Assembly (NCBI GenBank): GCA_024679065.1
Contig: JAGIQG010000001.1
Span: 151,404,001-151,468,000, forward strand
Direction of reading: 5' to 3'
Origin: Sphyrna mokarran
Taxonomy: Eukaryota
Length of the DNA: 64,000 nucleotides
Shown here in pieces: positions 1 to 12,489 of this stretch. Made by a program: the position numbers and the translations under genes. A model generated the notes under the pieces. It worked only from the letters and a program-made list of their open reading frames with translations. It made no database searches and was not told the DNA's origin. Within the stretch, counting starts at the first letter, position 1, and the number at the start of each line of letters is the position of its first letter.

Positions 1-1299
1 AATGACTTTAAAACAAAGCTTGGACGCTAAAGAGTACATACTTCATTTTGTGACTTGCATTAAAGTGAAACAATGTAAAAATGCAGTATAAATGGGGACT
101 TAGTGTGAATATTTTAAATAGCATCAATGGAAATTCCTGTTTATTGTTATTTCAGTCATTCTTCAAAAACATTCATTCAGCTTCACCAAGCATGACCTAT
201 CCTAAAAATTTTCCAGATGTTCAGTTACTCCATTCTTAGTTGTACACTCTAGTAATTCCCTGAAAATGGATGTTAAGGTAACCTGATTTCCTTCTCTCAC
301 CTTGTTACATAGCATAGTGTCATATAGTTTTCAAATCTAAAAGACTGATTCCTGAATTGAGAATTTTAGGAAAAGGCAAAATAATTGCCGGAGCTAGCAA
401 TCAAGAATGAAAAATGCAGGAAACACTTGGTCAGGCACCCTTTATGGAAAAAGTGTTGGGGTTGACAGGCTAATGTTAATTTCTTTCTCGCTGCACGGGT
501 GTCTGTATCTCCAGTACTTACTGTTATTTTTGAAGATTACAATGAAGGCATCTAAAATGTTCTCACCTTTTTCCTTTTAAAACATGCTGATAATAAATGG
601 CCTTGGAGGTTTTTCTCTCTCGTGTGCCTTTTTTTCATTATTGTTAACTTGCTCACGGTAACTCTGGACAGCCCCATCCTTGATTCAATATACATTTCTT
701 TAGGGTATCTCACATGCTACTCTCTCTCTTTACCGCACTTCATTGGGCACTGTCCAATCTCACTTAATTTTCTTCTGGAGGTGTTGCTGGATCCACTGCA
801 GCTTTGGCCACGATGATGAGGAATTGGTGCACATACGAGCATAGAACAGTTAAGGCACAGAAAGCCATTTGTCCTTTCTTTCTATACTGTCTCTTCAATT
901 CATCCAGTGCCATTCTCTTGCCTTTTCCCAATATCCTGATGATTTGTTTTCTCTCCAGAAAATAATCCAGTTCTGCTTTGAAAGCCACAACTGAATTTTG
1001 TCTGTTATTCTCTCGGGCAATGTATCATATAGTACACTTGAGCCTATGTACAAAAGATGCTATCTCAATTATTGAATCTCCTCTCACTACCACATTAGAT
1101 TTTCCTTCTGTTAAGACAGTGTCTTGCTCCCGGGTGCCAAAATCTGCATTCTCGCTGCTCTTTCAGCAGTAAATAGAAAGGATCTTGTAGGATCTTATCT
1201 CATCTAAGTTACCTTTACTTGGTAGGCTATCAGGACTCCTCTGGAAGGCCACTGCCCTTGATGGGGCACATATGCCCAAGCCATCAGGAGGTGCATTAA

Positions 1300-1614
1300 C
1301 ACCAGATTCATCAGCTGCACCCACAAGACAGCCCCGAACATTACCCAAGCACAACACTCTCAAGGCCAACCATAACATTGTCATCAACCAGCAGACAAAG
1401 AAGGGGCCATAGTCATACTGAACAGAACGGATTACTTCAAAGAAGTGTACCAACAACTAAATAATGAGGAACACTACAGACGGTTACGTGCAAATCCGAC
1501 CAAAGAACAACTCAACACCCTGATCAAGACCATTGATTTGAACCTTCAGGATACTCTCCGTGCTTTCATTCCACGTATTTCCCGTGTTGGAGATCTCTGC
1601 TGCCTCCCAAAGAT
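1300..1614 (+). mobile_element. Penelope-like element RT N-terminal fragment (degenerate)
   Basis: translates across frameshifts to NIVI.PADKEGAIVILNRTDYFKEVYQQLNNEEHY...LPKI: the PLE DKG motif and the LPKIHK-like motif. Confidence 0.8.
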
Positions 1615-1634
1615 CGGACAATGGGACTCTGCAA

Positions 1635-2131
1635 GAACCAGAAGCATCAAATTGGATGATTTCAATCTTAGTGACAAAAATAGTCCATAAGCTCATCGTG
1701 CAGAGAGAAGTTTATTTTCAGATTCTTGTTAGCTTTTAGTAAATCAAACACTTAGTCATTTAAAAATACTAAAATAATGACTGTTAAACCACTGTTTAAA
1801 TCTGCAACTCTGTAGCTTGCTTTTGCATAAACATCGGAACATCAGAATTAAAGGCAAAAAAAACCTCCCTTCTGCACCAAATTTCTACACATCAAATTCC
1901 AAACTTACTACCCTGTTGCCAATGCCGTCTGTTAAAGTTGCACCCTTTTGCACTCTGTGCTTTAGTTTTGGGGTTCCTTTGAAAAAAGTGTAAGAATTCA
2001 CTTCTTAAAATTTGTGTTCTGTTGGACTGATGGCTTGTTTGCTTCAGCATCATAAACTTCTCTCTGCATGTCACTAAGATTGTCACTATTTTTGTCATTA
2101 AGATTGAAATCCAATTTGATGCTTTTGGTTC
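1635..2131. repeat. Imperfect ~80-bp inverted repeat (arms 1635-1715 and 2052-2131)
   Basis: GAACCAGAAGCATCAAATTGGATGATTTCAATCTTAGTGACAAAAATAGT...GCAGAGAGAAGTTTAT recurs in reverse complement. Confidence 0.85.
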
Positions 2132-4179
2132 ACTGAACTAAGCTTCTTATAAAAGTTAACCTTGCCCTAATCCTGAACTTGAATCTTCCTTTCTTCCTGC
2201 CCACCTTCATGTCCTCATTAAGCTAAATTTGTTCACCTGCAGTTCCCTAAACTGCTAGCAGTCCAACTTCCCTTCCTGCCCTTTACATTAGTTGATATTG
2301 GTTCTCTTTGGTCCCTTTTCTTTGCTCTGAACTTGCAAATTTGTACCCCATTTCCAATTCCTCAGAACTCTTCAAAATAAGCAATTTCTAAATCATGGAC
2401 ATTTTTCCTGGAGCTCTCTTTTAAATGTCTAAATAAGCCACGTTACTGAAATGACTTTTAAGTTTCCATTGAAATCTTGTGACTTGTGTAATTAATCCCT
2501 TCTCAACACATCTGCAGCTTTTGTCACAGTTGACAACACAATGCCTCTAGTTTTAGAAGACTATTAAATAAGGTGAGAGAAGAAACCAGTTACCCAAACA
2601 TCCATTTGCCATCCTCATTATCCAGCTGGATGTAACTTCTCTCACTAGTCTCATTTTTATTTGTTGTCATAGCCAGAGAATAACTTACTGGTTTCTGTTT
2701 CTACATTAGCATTCATACCTCCATTGTCCCCTAAGCATCTTTCCTTGGTCCCCACCTCTTTGCCACCAACGAATTGCCAGTTGCCATTATCCAAAGAAAC
2801 ATAGTGCTGGTTCTCACTTCTCAGTATAGTGTCCTAATTCCAACCATCTTCAGCTACTTCAAGGTAAATAACATATCTTGAAGTGGACGTTATTTGGAAT
2901 GAGTTGCTTTACTTTTGGATAGGAAAAAAATTACAAAGTACTAATAAAACTATTACAAAATAATACTGAAAAGGTCATGCAGAGCGTATGAATATCAATA
3001 CATAGCATTATTGGTGTTTAAAGTCTCTTTAGAATGGTTTTGATGTCTGCTTTATTTGAGAAGACAGCATGTGACGTCTGGGAATATAGATTCATCAGTC
3101 TTAGATGTCTTAATTTATCTGTAGATATCAGTACACCCTGTAGAACTTGATTAAAACAAACACTAATCGATACGTTTTAATTGAGAAACTCCTTTGCCTT
3201 GATATGTTTTTATTATATCTGTCAATGCTTGATACAAGTCGATTTAAAAATGCAGAATAGTTTTGCAAAACTTGCAAAGTTGCATGGATTACAAGTTTGT
3301 ACAAAATGCATATAAGATCAGTGCTTTGAAGGTGATTGTGTTAAATATAATAACAATTTCAACGAATATATATTCTTAAGTCATAAATATTTTTTAAAAA
3401 TTAGTCACTAAAGCTAATTACAGAACTTTTATTTCTAAACTTAAAAAATCAAAAATGGTTACATACTGTGAAACAAAGTAGCTCTTGTAAACATCACGAG
3501 TTAAACTGCACCAATTTAGTGCACAAGGCTAATATTTTAACAGCTTTTTTTCTTTGCACAATAGTTCTTTCAATTTAGAGATCACAACTGAAGTTTTAAT
3601 TGCTAAGGAGGTGGATAGTTCACACCGGTGTTGGTCAACATTGACATCTTGCATCACTGGTTTAAGAGCCAAGTGCTTTTTCTGTCTTGTCAAATGTGTG
3701 TGTGATGTTAACAAAGATCACGTCGTGTGTTAAGCTACTGTCCCAGAATTCAGCAGAAAATCATATTAGGTTGGCATACTTTGATTATTTCTCTAATGCC
3801 TATAATTAAATTACAAACTAATTTTATCAAACAGCTTTTCTACAAATGGTCTCCACATTGGTGAGTATTGAATAAGGGATGTAAATATAACATAACCACT
3901 AGTTGCTCCAGCAAAACACCCACCTTATTCTTACAACTATCAAAAAAAAAACTTGCCAGAAGGGATGGCATGGCTGAGGCAGGTAGCATTGTCACAGTTT
4001 AAGCTTATTGTTTGCTTGAGGGAGCCAGGAACAGAAAGATATGGAAGATGTGTAGAGGTAATTAAAAAGTGGTGTATAATGCTTTTATAGTTTAGTTGCG
4101 CCAAGTAGCCCATTTGTAGTCTGTGGATTATGTGGCATGAAGCATTATTGTAAAATATTTTGTCTTTTGTGACTTTCAG

Positions 4180-4352
4180 AGTCTGCTCCAAGTTCTCCTA
4201 GGGTGGGAAGTCCTGTTGATGCCAAAAAAAATGTTGAAACCAATAATCTTCAGACAATGTCTAAGGGACTTTCTACAAGTTTGCCTGATCTGGAATCTGA
4301 TCCTTGGATAGAAGTGAAAAAGAGACACCGTCCATCACAACTCAATCCAAAG
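4180..4352 (+). CDS. LARP1B: LARP1B internal coding exon (first exon visible in window; upstream La-motif exons lie outside)
   Basis: ttttgtgactttcAG acceptor (4178-4179) and AAG|GTgcat donor; encodes (E)SAPSSPRVGSPVDAKKNVETNNLQTMSKGLSTSLPDLESDPWIEVKKRHRPSQLNPK, matching the LARP1/1B GLSxSLPDL..WIEVKKR segment; 173 nt, phase 1 to 0. Confidence 0.93.
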
Positions 4353-4407
4353 GTGCATATGCATTTTGCCTCCCCTATAAATGGTGTACTTGGTTTTGAT
4401 TTGACTT

Positions 4408-4705
4408 TTTTATTGGAACGTGTATTAGTATATAGTGAAAAGTATTGTTTCTTGCACGCTATACAGACAAACATACTATACTTGGAGAAGGAAATGAGAG
4501 CGTGCGGAATGTAGTGTTACAATCATAGCTAGGATGTAAAGAAAGATCAACTGATGCAAGGTAGGTCCGTTCAAAAGTCTGATGGCAGCAGAGAAGAAGC
4601 TTTTCTTAAGTTGGTTGGTACACGTCCACAGGCGTTTGTACCTATTTCCTGATGGAAGAAGGATGAAGAGAGTATGTCCGGAATGTGTGGGGTCCTTTAT
4701 TATGA
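4408..4705 (-). mobile_element. Rex1/Babar-like LINE 3' fragment
   Basis: ttcaaaagtctgatggcagcagagaagaagct...cctgatggaag pattern recalled from Rex1 3' ends; minus-strand tail ttttcactatatactaatacacg..aataaa. Confidence 0.6.
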
Positions 4706-5002
4706 CATAAGGCCAGATCCCTTGGTGCCAAAACTGTTATGACATCAATGTGCTATTTATTGAAGAATATATTGTGAAGTGCTGTGGGGTCTGTACCAAA
4801 TGTAAACTTACTTCTTAGACAAAACAGGTAATATTCCATCTAGGCTTGACTTCCTGTCTTCTAATATACAATCTTAGAGACTTTTTGGCTTGTTGCCTAG
4901 ACTAATGTCTGCAGTTAGAGTGCAGAGTGTATTGAGGAGATGAAGCATAGTTTAAAGTGTAACCAGAAATTTGTTGAATGAAAAAGCATTTTTGTATGTA
5001 AG

Positions 5003-5671
5003 TGCAGCAGGTGATTAAGAAGGTGAATGCAGTGTTGGCCTTTATAGCTAGGGGGATAGAATATAAAAATAGGGAGGTACTGTTTGCAGCTGTATAGGGT
5101 ACTGGTGAGGCTGCAGCTGGAGTACTGTGTGCAGTTTTGGTCGCCGCATTCGAGGAAGGATATATTGGCCTTGGAGGGGGTGCAGAGTAGGTTTATTAGG
5201 CTGATACTGGAGATGAGAGTGTTGGATTATGGGGAGAGACTGAATAGGCTAGATTTGTACTCTTTGGAGTTTAGAAGGTTGAGAAGGGGATCTTATTGAG
5301 ATGTATAAGATAATGAAGTGAATGGATAGGGTAGAGGTTGAGAGACTGTTCCCACTTAGCAAAGATAGCAGGACTAGAGGGCACAGTCTCAAGATTGGAG
5401 GGGCGATTCAGATCGGAGTTGCAGAGGGGTTTCTTCACGCCGAGGGTGGTGAATCTTTGGAATTCTCTGCCTGATGAGGTGGTGAGGCTTCCTCACTGAA
5501 TATGTTCAAGTCAAGAGTGGATAGGTTTTTAATTGACAAGGGAATTAAGGGTTACAGGGAGAAAGCGGGAAGTGGTACTGAACCACTACAGATCAGCCAT
5601 GATCTTATTGAATGGTGGGGCAGGCTCGAGGGGCTGTATGGCCTACTGTTGCTCCTATTTCTTATGTTATG
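5003..5671 (+). mobile_element. CR1-clade LINE 3' fragment
   Basis: LQLYRVLVRLQLEYCVQFWSP...LYSLEFRRLR (ORF 5084), short 3'UTR cagatcagccatgatcttattgaatgg...ttcttatgttatgt. Confidence 0.92.
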
Positions 5672-7009
5672 TAAGCAGCTAACTTGTCCAGTAATCGAAT
5701 CGATGTTGAATAGTTGGGGATAGCTTTCCATTTCTGTCAGTATCAAATACACTGATATACTCAATGTAATATTTTGTATTTACAATTCTCAATCTTGTCA
5801 AAAGGTGCACAATTAGTGGTAGCTTATGTTTTAGGTTAGTTTTCATTGAAACTATCTGATTTCAAGTAGAAATCCTTACCATTTATTGAGAGAAGACTTT
5901 TTCATCCTAACAACCTATTGTGTGCACACTTTGTGCTCCAGGGGTTAAATTATGTTTCTGTTCTTACATTTTAAATAAATTTTCCTTTTAATCTTGAGCT
6001 GCTTTTAGCTTAGCAATTCTGTAATGTTTATGGTATATATTGCATTATTTAATCTACTTGATAACATTTGTCAGTTAAATAAAACACTGGTTTAGAACTT
6101 CAAAAGACTTCAATTCATTGCTATAAAGCGGTGCCAATCTTGGTTAAACCAATGGGCCAGATCAGTCCGTCACAAATTAGAGTGGACTAGAGTTAAGAAA
6201 CTTGATGACAACAATGTCCCAACCTTTATGGAATCCTTGGTGGACATCATTTCTGAACAATCACCATTAAATTGCACACACACACATATCAGAGAGAGCA
6301 AGTGAGAGCACATTCGTTCACACTCACTCGCTCTCGTGCACGTGCTCTCGATCACTCTCTGTGGTTTGCATGTATGCGCAATTTAATGAGTGTCCATCAT
6401 TGGCTGTGTGACCACAAATTTCTATACGCTTGTATTGGCTGTTTGCTATCCAATTAGTTCCAGCTCCTTCCTCCTACCCCTTCATTTCTCCTTTTCACGT
6501 CTTGTCCAAGCCCCTTTTGAAAATTATTGTTAAATCTGCTTATACCACTGTTTCAGACAGTGTATTGCTGCAGCATCAGTCGTAATTTGCTGCATCAGAA
6601 ATTTTTTACCACTCCATCTCTTGCTCATTTGCTATTAGTTTAACGTGAAGCACCTTTGGTTAACAATCCTTCCGTTAGTGGGGAACAAACCTTTTGTGAT
6701 TTTGGTCATCTCTATTATATCTGAATTTAATCTTCCCTTGTGTAAGGAGAGCAATCCCAGGTTTTCTACTGTCTTCATTTAACTCTCAACCCTTGTTACC
6801 ATCTTAAATTCCTGCATCCTATGCAAAATTGTGCAGCAGCATTACATGGTCAATCTCATTTCTGAAATATTAATTAAGCAATGAGCTGCCCAGACAAAAG
6901 CATTTAAGATTCTCTTAGCTTTTCGAACAGAGTTAGATTATCTTGATAAGTCTATAGTTTATAACTACATTGCGTGCTACATCAAAGGTTACAATGTAAA
7001 ATAAGAGAT

Positions 7010-9050
7010 CTTGTTATCGAGAGTAACACTTGCATGGGCAGGAGATTGGTTAGCTAATAATAAGAAAAAGTATAAGTGGTTGTTTTCAGGTTGGCAAAAT
7101 ATGACAAGTGGAGTGACACAAGGATCAATGTTGGGGTATAAACTTTTTACAAATTATATAAATCGCTTGGATGAAGGCACCAAATATATGGTTGCTAAAC
7201 TGGCTAACGCCACAGTTAGGTAGAAAAGTAAGTTGGAAAGATGACAATAATACGGAACTTGCAAAGGTTAAGTAGGTAAACAAACAATCCTTTTGAGTAT
7301 AATGTGGGAAAATATGAACTTGTCCACTGGCAGAAAGAATAAAGAATCCGTATATTATTTAGAGACAAGATTGCAGAACTCAGTTGTACAGAGGGCCATT
7401 GTTGTGCTGGTACATGAATCTCAAAGTTGGTGTGTAGGTACAGCAAATAATTAGACAAATGGAATGTTATTGCTTATTGTAAGAGAATTGGAATGTAAAG
7501 GTTGGGGTTTTTTGCCACAGTTATAATATTGGTGAGACCTAGTTCATTTTATAACTGGGCAGGGAAGATTCCGTAACTTTTTATTAAAAAGTCAAGCAAT
7601 AGAGTCACAGGATCACTAATTAGTTTTAACAGTAAGGAAAAACTGGATTGCAGCACAAACTCCTTTGTCCCCTCCCCTTTTAAGTTGCACAGATTTTAAG
7701 ACTAACATGGATTATTAAGATATCTTAAGCTGTAATGGTTTTAATAATACAATGTCTCTTCAAATACACAATATGACTGTAATCAGATACACTCTGAACC
7801 TCAAGTGAAATGCAATAAATGCAGTGACCCTCAAGTGAAATGTTTTAAAAATATTCCTTCATACTAAAAGCAGCTTGTATTCCAAATCAGTCCAGACTTT
7901 ACAAATGGCTCTAAAGCTTCTGCTTTACTTTTAACAGTGAATTCAATATCCAAGTTTTACACTATTCCTTTAGGATTTCTTTGTCAGGACTGCTGTATAA
8001 ACTATTCACGGTTGTTTTAACACTTGATTTCGTCAAACTTTTGATTTATCTCTGGAGTCTGTTTTCCCACTTTAAATCGGGTTATTTTAATTGTCTCTTT
8101 TAAATAAGAATACTTAGTTTACTCTTCCTTGAATCTTTCTGGATCAATATCTTGGTCTCTATTCCTTTAACTTCATGTCATCTGAAGACGTTCTTTCTGT
8201 CCCAATTCCCAGACTATCTGGATAGTAACCTCTTTTGGGAAGCTTGCCTGTTTGCAGCTCCCATCCTGTTTAGACTTCTGATAGAGTTGAAAGTTGTGCA
8301 CTTCTTGGTGTCCTCCTTCAACTGCCAGCTTTTGTTCTCTTAAAAGGATAATGGCTGCATAATTCTGCTGGCCTATTTATTCTTCACACCATAGCTCCCT
8401 CTAAGCATAATAGAAACACAATTGCATTTAACCAACCCCACCTAAAAACACCTTTGTCCAGCATGAATATAACTATAGGTTTTATCTTTCCACAGAAACA
8501 TGAAATTAAACCCACTCAAAATTTATCTTACTTCTAATGTTTACCAATGCATCTCTTAAAACTGCCTTTATTTTCCTAACACCATATCTGGAATACCATG
8601 CACAGTTTTAATTTCCTCCTTTAAGAAAGAATATAAATGCATTAGAAACAGTTCGGTGGGCTATCTGAAAGTTGGATTGACAGAGGTTGGATCCATCAGA
8701 GTGAAGAATGAAAGGTAATCTTATTGAAACGTACTGGATCTTGAGGTGACTTGACAGATTGGATGTTGAAAAGATTTTCACCTTGGGAGAAATGAACTAG
8801 GAATACAGCTTAAAAATGAGTTTCCCATTTAAAACTGAAGTGAGAAATTATTTCCAAGGACTGAAAGTCTTTAACACACTCTTTCCCAGAGAGTAGTGAA
8901 GGCAGGCATGGCCTTTGAATATTTTTATGGCAGAGGTAGCTAGATTAATGGCTAACAAGGAGTTGAAGGTTACTGGGGTAAGCAGGAATGTGGAGTTGGA
9001 TCAGATGTGATCTTATTGACTGTCAAGAAGTCAAGTGGGTATTCTTAATT
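7010..9050 (+). mobile_element. Old CR1 LINE split by a ~1 kb insert (7540-8581)
   Basis: SGVTQGSMLG..FTNYIN.LDEG (ORF 7011); ggtgagacc at ~7539 resumes as ccatatctggaatac at ~8582; CR1 3'UTR remnant at ~9000-9050. Confidence 0.75.
7540..8581 (-). mobile_element. Probable solo LTR
   Basis: non-coding ~1.04 kb insert interrupting a CR1; begins TGTTAGG on the minus strand; internal direct repeat cctcaagtgaaatg; other terminus not a clean CA. Confidence 0.4.
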
Positions 9051-9093
9051 TGTTTGTATAAAATAATGAAAATCTAATTTTGTTTATTTGTAG

Positions 9094-9450
9094 GAAAATG
9101 AGTCGTCCAAACCTCAACAAGCTCTCAAAGTGGAGCAAGAAGAGCAAGAGGAATTGGATTTCATGTTTGATGAAGAAATGGAACAGATGGAAGGACGCAA
9201 GAATACCTTCACTGATTGGTCAGATGATGACTCAGACTATGAAATTGATGATCGTGATGTGAACAAGATCCTGATTGTAACTCAGACCCCTCCACACATG
9301 CGCAAACATCCGGGTGGCGACCGTACTGGAAATCATGTTTCACGAGCAAAAATTACAACAGAGTTGGCAAAAGCTATTAATGATGGCTTATACTACTACG
9401 AACAAGACCTTTGGATGGAAGAAAATGGGCCAGAATATTCAACAATAAAG
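9094..9450 (+). CDS. LARP1B: LARP1B coding exon (EELDFMFDEEMEQ...DYEIDDRDVNKILIVTQTP...HPGGDRTG...INDGLYYYEQDLW)
   Basis: tttatttgtAG acceptor, AAG|GTgaat donor, 357 nt = 119 codons; strongly conserved LARP1-family motifs; overlaps ORF 9130..9489. Confidence 0.96.
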
Positions 9451-10329
9451 GTGAATTACATGCTGGCTATGGATTATGAATCTTTTTAATTTGTAGCTAT
9501 ATCAAATGCAATTGTTTTGAATAATGAGGTGTCTCTGATAAAGGGATCATCAAATGTATGTGCCAAATTTTATTACACCTTAAATCAAATATTCTGTTAA
9601 GTCCTATCCGTGATGGTGTACTCAGCATACCATAAGATATTTTTTGTAAAAACCCAACCTTTCAAAATGATGTATGGTGTACTGACCTACATATGAGTAT
9701 GACCTGTTTCTCCCTTTCTATTTTTAATTTTGTTGGAATTCAACCCAGTCTTCTGGAGCGAAGACATATGTATCTCATTATTTGAAACTTGTCGGATGAA
9801 ATATTGTCACTAGAACTAACTATTACATTACAGGCTTTGTATAATGTATAAATAATGCTTACATTGAAAACAGGCAGCATATAAAAGAACGAAAAATGTT
9901 AAAATATAATTTAGCCTTGTACTCATCCATCTTTAATACAGAAGAAATACTTAGTTCTGAATGGGAAGATGGGAAATATAAATTGGGGAAATATAAGTAT
10001 CAGTGCCCCAAAATTTGAGCATTATTGAGCCTTTATCTTTTCTGCACTTGAAGTTTACTTGCAGTTGGGAATGGATGTAATGCCTGGAGTGAAACACCTG
10101 AAATGAATTCTCAATTTGAAGTTGGTATCTATAATTTACTGTCTCTTCAATTGGGTGTCTCTTCACATGAAGAGTGCTGCTTTGTTAAATTTGATCTTTT
10201 AAGTGAGGCCTCATCTAAAGCAGGAAGGGTCCAAATGCCTTGACCATTTTTTCCCCTCCTTACATAACACCAAAATCAAACCACTTATTCACCTCGTTTG
10301 GTTACTTACATTACCCTGTGTCCCATGTG

Positions 10330-10525
10330 CATTTGCTACTTTACAAGTCTCCCATGTGACACCTTGTCAAAAACGCTGTTGAAATTCATATAAGCTACAT
10401 CGACTGCACTACCCTCACGTACACACTTGGTCACCTCAAAAAATTCAGTCCAATTTGTTAGGCATGACATCCCTCTGATGAAGCCATGCTGACTATCCCT
10501 GATCAAACTTTGCCTCTCCAAGTGG
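10330..10525 (-). mobile_element. CR1 RT fragment
   Basis: LIRDSQHGFIRGMSCLTN...AVDVAYMNFNSVFDKVSHGRL (ORF 10336..10590). Confidence 0.88.
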
Positions 10526-11327
10526 AAGTTTGGTAACAGTGGCCACCATATTTGACTATTAAAAGTTGTTTCACTACAAAGTAATTTCATGTAAAAGCAC
10601 TTGGAATTTTTGCGGTTTGATTTTAAAAAGTGCTTCTTGTGGCATGCTTTGAGTAGAATGGCTCTAGATTGACTCCTATGTCAGTCCTAAAATTATTTTC
10701 ATTGAAATATCATGTAAATAAAATGAATCGTATCACTGTCAACCACCCACTCTGATAAAACAAGATCAGCTCCTTGGGAAGGAGATCAAATGTGGAGTTG
10801 TAAACCTAATTTAAGGCAACAGTTTGGAGGCCTAATTTTTTTCATAAGCTGTTTTAGCATTGTGTGGCTTTCTCACCCTGCTTTTTTGCCAATAGTTGAG
10901 TTCTAACAGCAGGGTAGAATTCACATTACTAAATTTTATTGGCCAAAGTTATTCAGTGTCATTGCTTGTTTTACTCTTTAATTCTGCTGAAATATGCTGC
11001 ATTGCATTTCGTTGTAAATGCTAATGCCAGAGGAATACATAACCACTTTACTTGCATAACAGTTCATGGGAAATATCCATATCTAACTTGGAAATTTTAA
11101 TTATAATGTTGATCCTCATAATGAAAAAAGAAATTGTGTTCACTTGGTTTCTCCACCACCACCACCACCCCCAACCAAACCAGGAGAATGAAAGTCGATG
11201 CCTGTGGTCAGTCAGGTCACAACGGAGAGAGGCTCAGAAGAGGTGTAATGCAAGAGTTGCCATGATTGTTATAAAGAAAACTAAAATGGTCTTATTGATT
11301 TTTTTGCGGTGCTCTCTGATAACCAAC

Positions 11328-11625
11328 ATGGTGGCATAGTATTTGGTGCTGTTACCTCAATGCTGGGGACCCAGGTTTGATTCCTGGCTTGGGTCACTGT
11401 CTGTGTGGAGTCTACACATTCTCCACGTGGGTTTTCTCCATGTGCTCCAGTTTCCTCCCATGGTGCGAAAGATGTGCTGGCTAAGTCCATTGGCCGTGCT
11501 AAATTTTCCCAGTGTACCTGAACAGACGCTGGAGTGTGACGACTAGGGGATTTTCACAGTAACTTCATAGCAGTGTTAACGTAAGCCTATTTGTGACACC
11601 AGTAGATAAGCTTAGAAACTTTAAA
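11328..11625 (+). mobile_element. tRNA-derived V-domain SINE
   Basis: A-box-like tggcatagtatttgg, B-box-like ggtttgattcc, V-domain ctgtgtggagtctacacattctccacgtgg..ctccagtttcctccca, tail ttttcacagtaacttcatagcagtgttaacgtaagcctatttgtgac. Confidence 0.85.
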
Positions 11626-11817
11626 CAGATTGTTTAGAATGTGGTTGCTACGGACCAGTCTGATCAGTATGCATAAAATACATAATTACAACCTGAAAAC
11701 TGGCTATTTGACTCATTTTTAATCCTAGTAGGCTTTTGACCTCCATGTAAGCAAATAAACCGCCACTCAATTGAACATTTTCCCAATATAACGTGTGTTT
11801 TTCTGCTTATGGTATAG

Positions 11818-11941
11818 CAAGAAATTGAGAATTTTAAGAAGTTGAATGTGATCAGTAAAGAACATTTTGATACCCTCGCACCTGAACCGCCAGTTGACCC
11901 AAACCAGGAGGTGCCACCTGCACCACCAAAGGTCCAACAAG
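11818..11941 (+). CDS. LARP1B: LARP1B coding exon (QEIENFKKLNVISKEHFDTLAPEPPVDPNQEVPPAPPKVQQ)
   Basis: ggtatAG acceptor, CAAG|GTaaga donor, 124 nt, phase 0 to 1. Confidence 0.95.
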
Positions 11942-12489
11942 GTAAGATCAATCTAGCCTCTAGCAAGCATCAGTTTCTTAAGAAGAGAATGTGTGATTCC
12001 TGTTTCCTCTTCGTGATTTCAAGAGCAAGTTCATTAGTTCAATTTAAATGCACAAGAAGTGATGGATGACATGTACTTTAAATTCTGTGAGTTTACTTGC
12101 ACTTGATCACAGCTCCTGCATTGTATCTATAATGTAAATTGATCGCTTCCATGTTTATGGTTTTAACAAAAATGGATCAAATATCTAATATATTTATTTC
12201 ATCAATGTTTGTTTGGCATGCTGGCAGAAACTGAAACTTTTTGATTGTATAAGGATCTATGAAGCAATAAATAACGTAGGATTGCAGTAATATTATTGAG
12301 ATGCTGCGTTAGTGATTCAGAGAACACAATCAAAATTGCACAGTTTATAAATTTGAATTGAATTTAAATAAAACCTAAGTAAGCTTGGAATAAAATGTTG
12401 GTTTTTGTAAAACGCCCATTCGTTGGCTTGGCCATTATTTGACAGTAATCTCGGCATCAAAATTTGGATACAACAATCCTGAGTTATCC

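Noticed and set aside
2825-2863. Exon-like segment (ttctcAG...AAG|GTaaat, 39 nt) upstream of the first LARP1B exon
   Set aside because: In the phase required by the next exon it hits TAG immediately; no LARP1 similarity; it lies near an old L2-like remnant (~2500-2545).
6274-6360. CA/GA-rich stretch with partial self-complementarity
   Set aside because: Looks like a decayed compound microsatellite; no specific structure supported.
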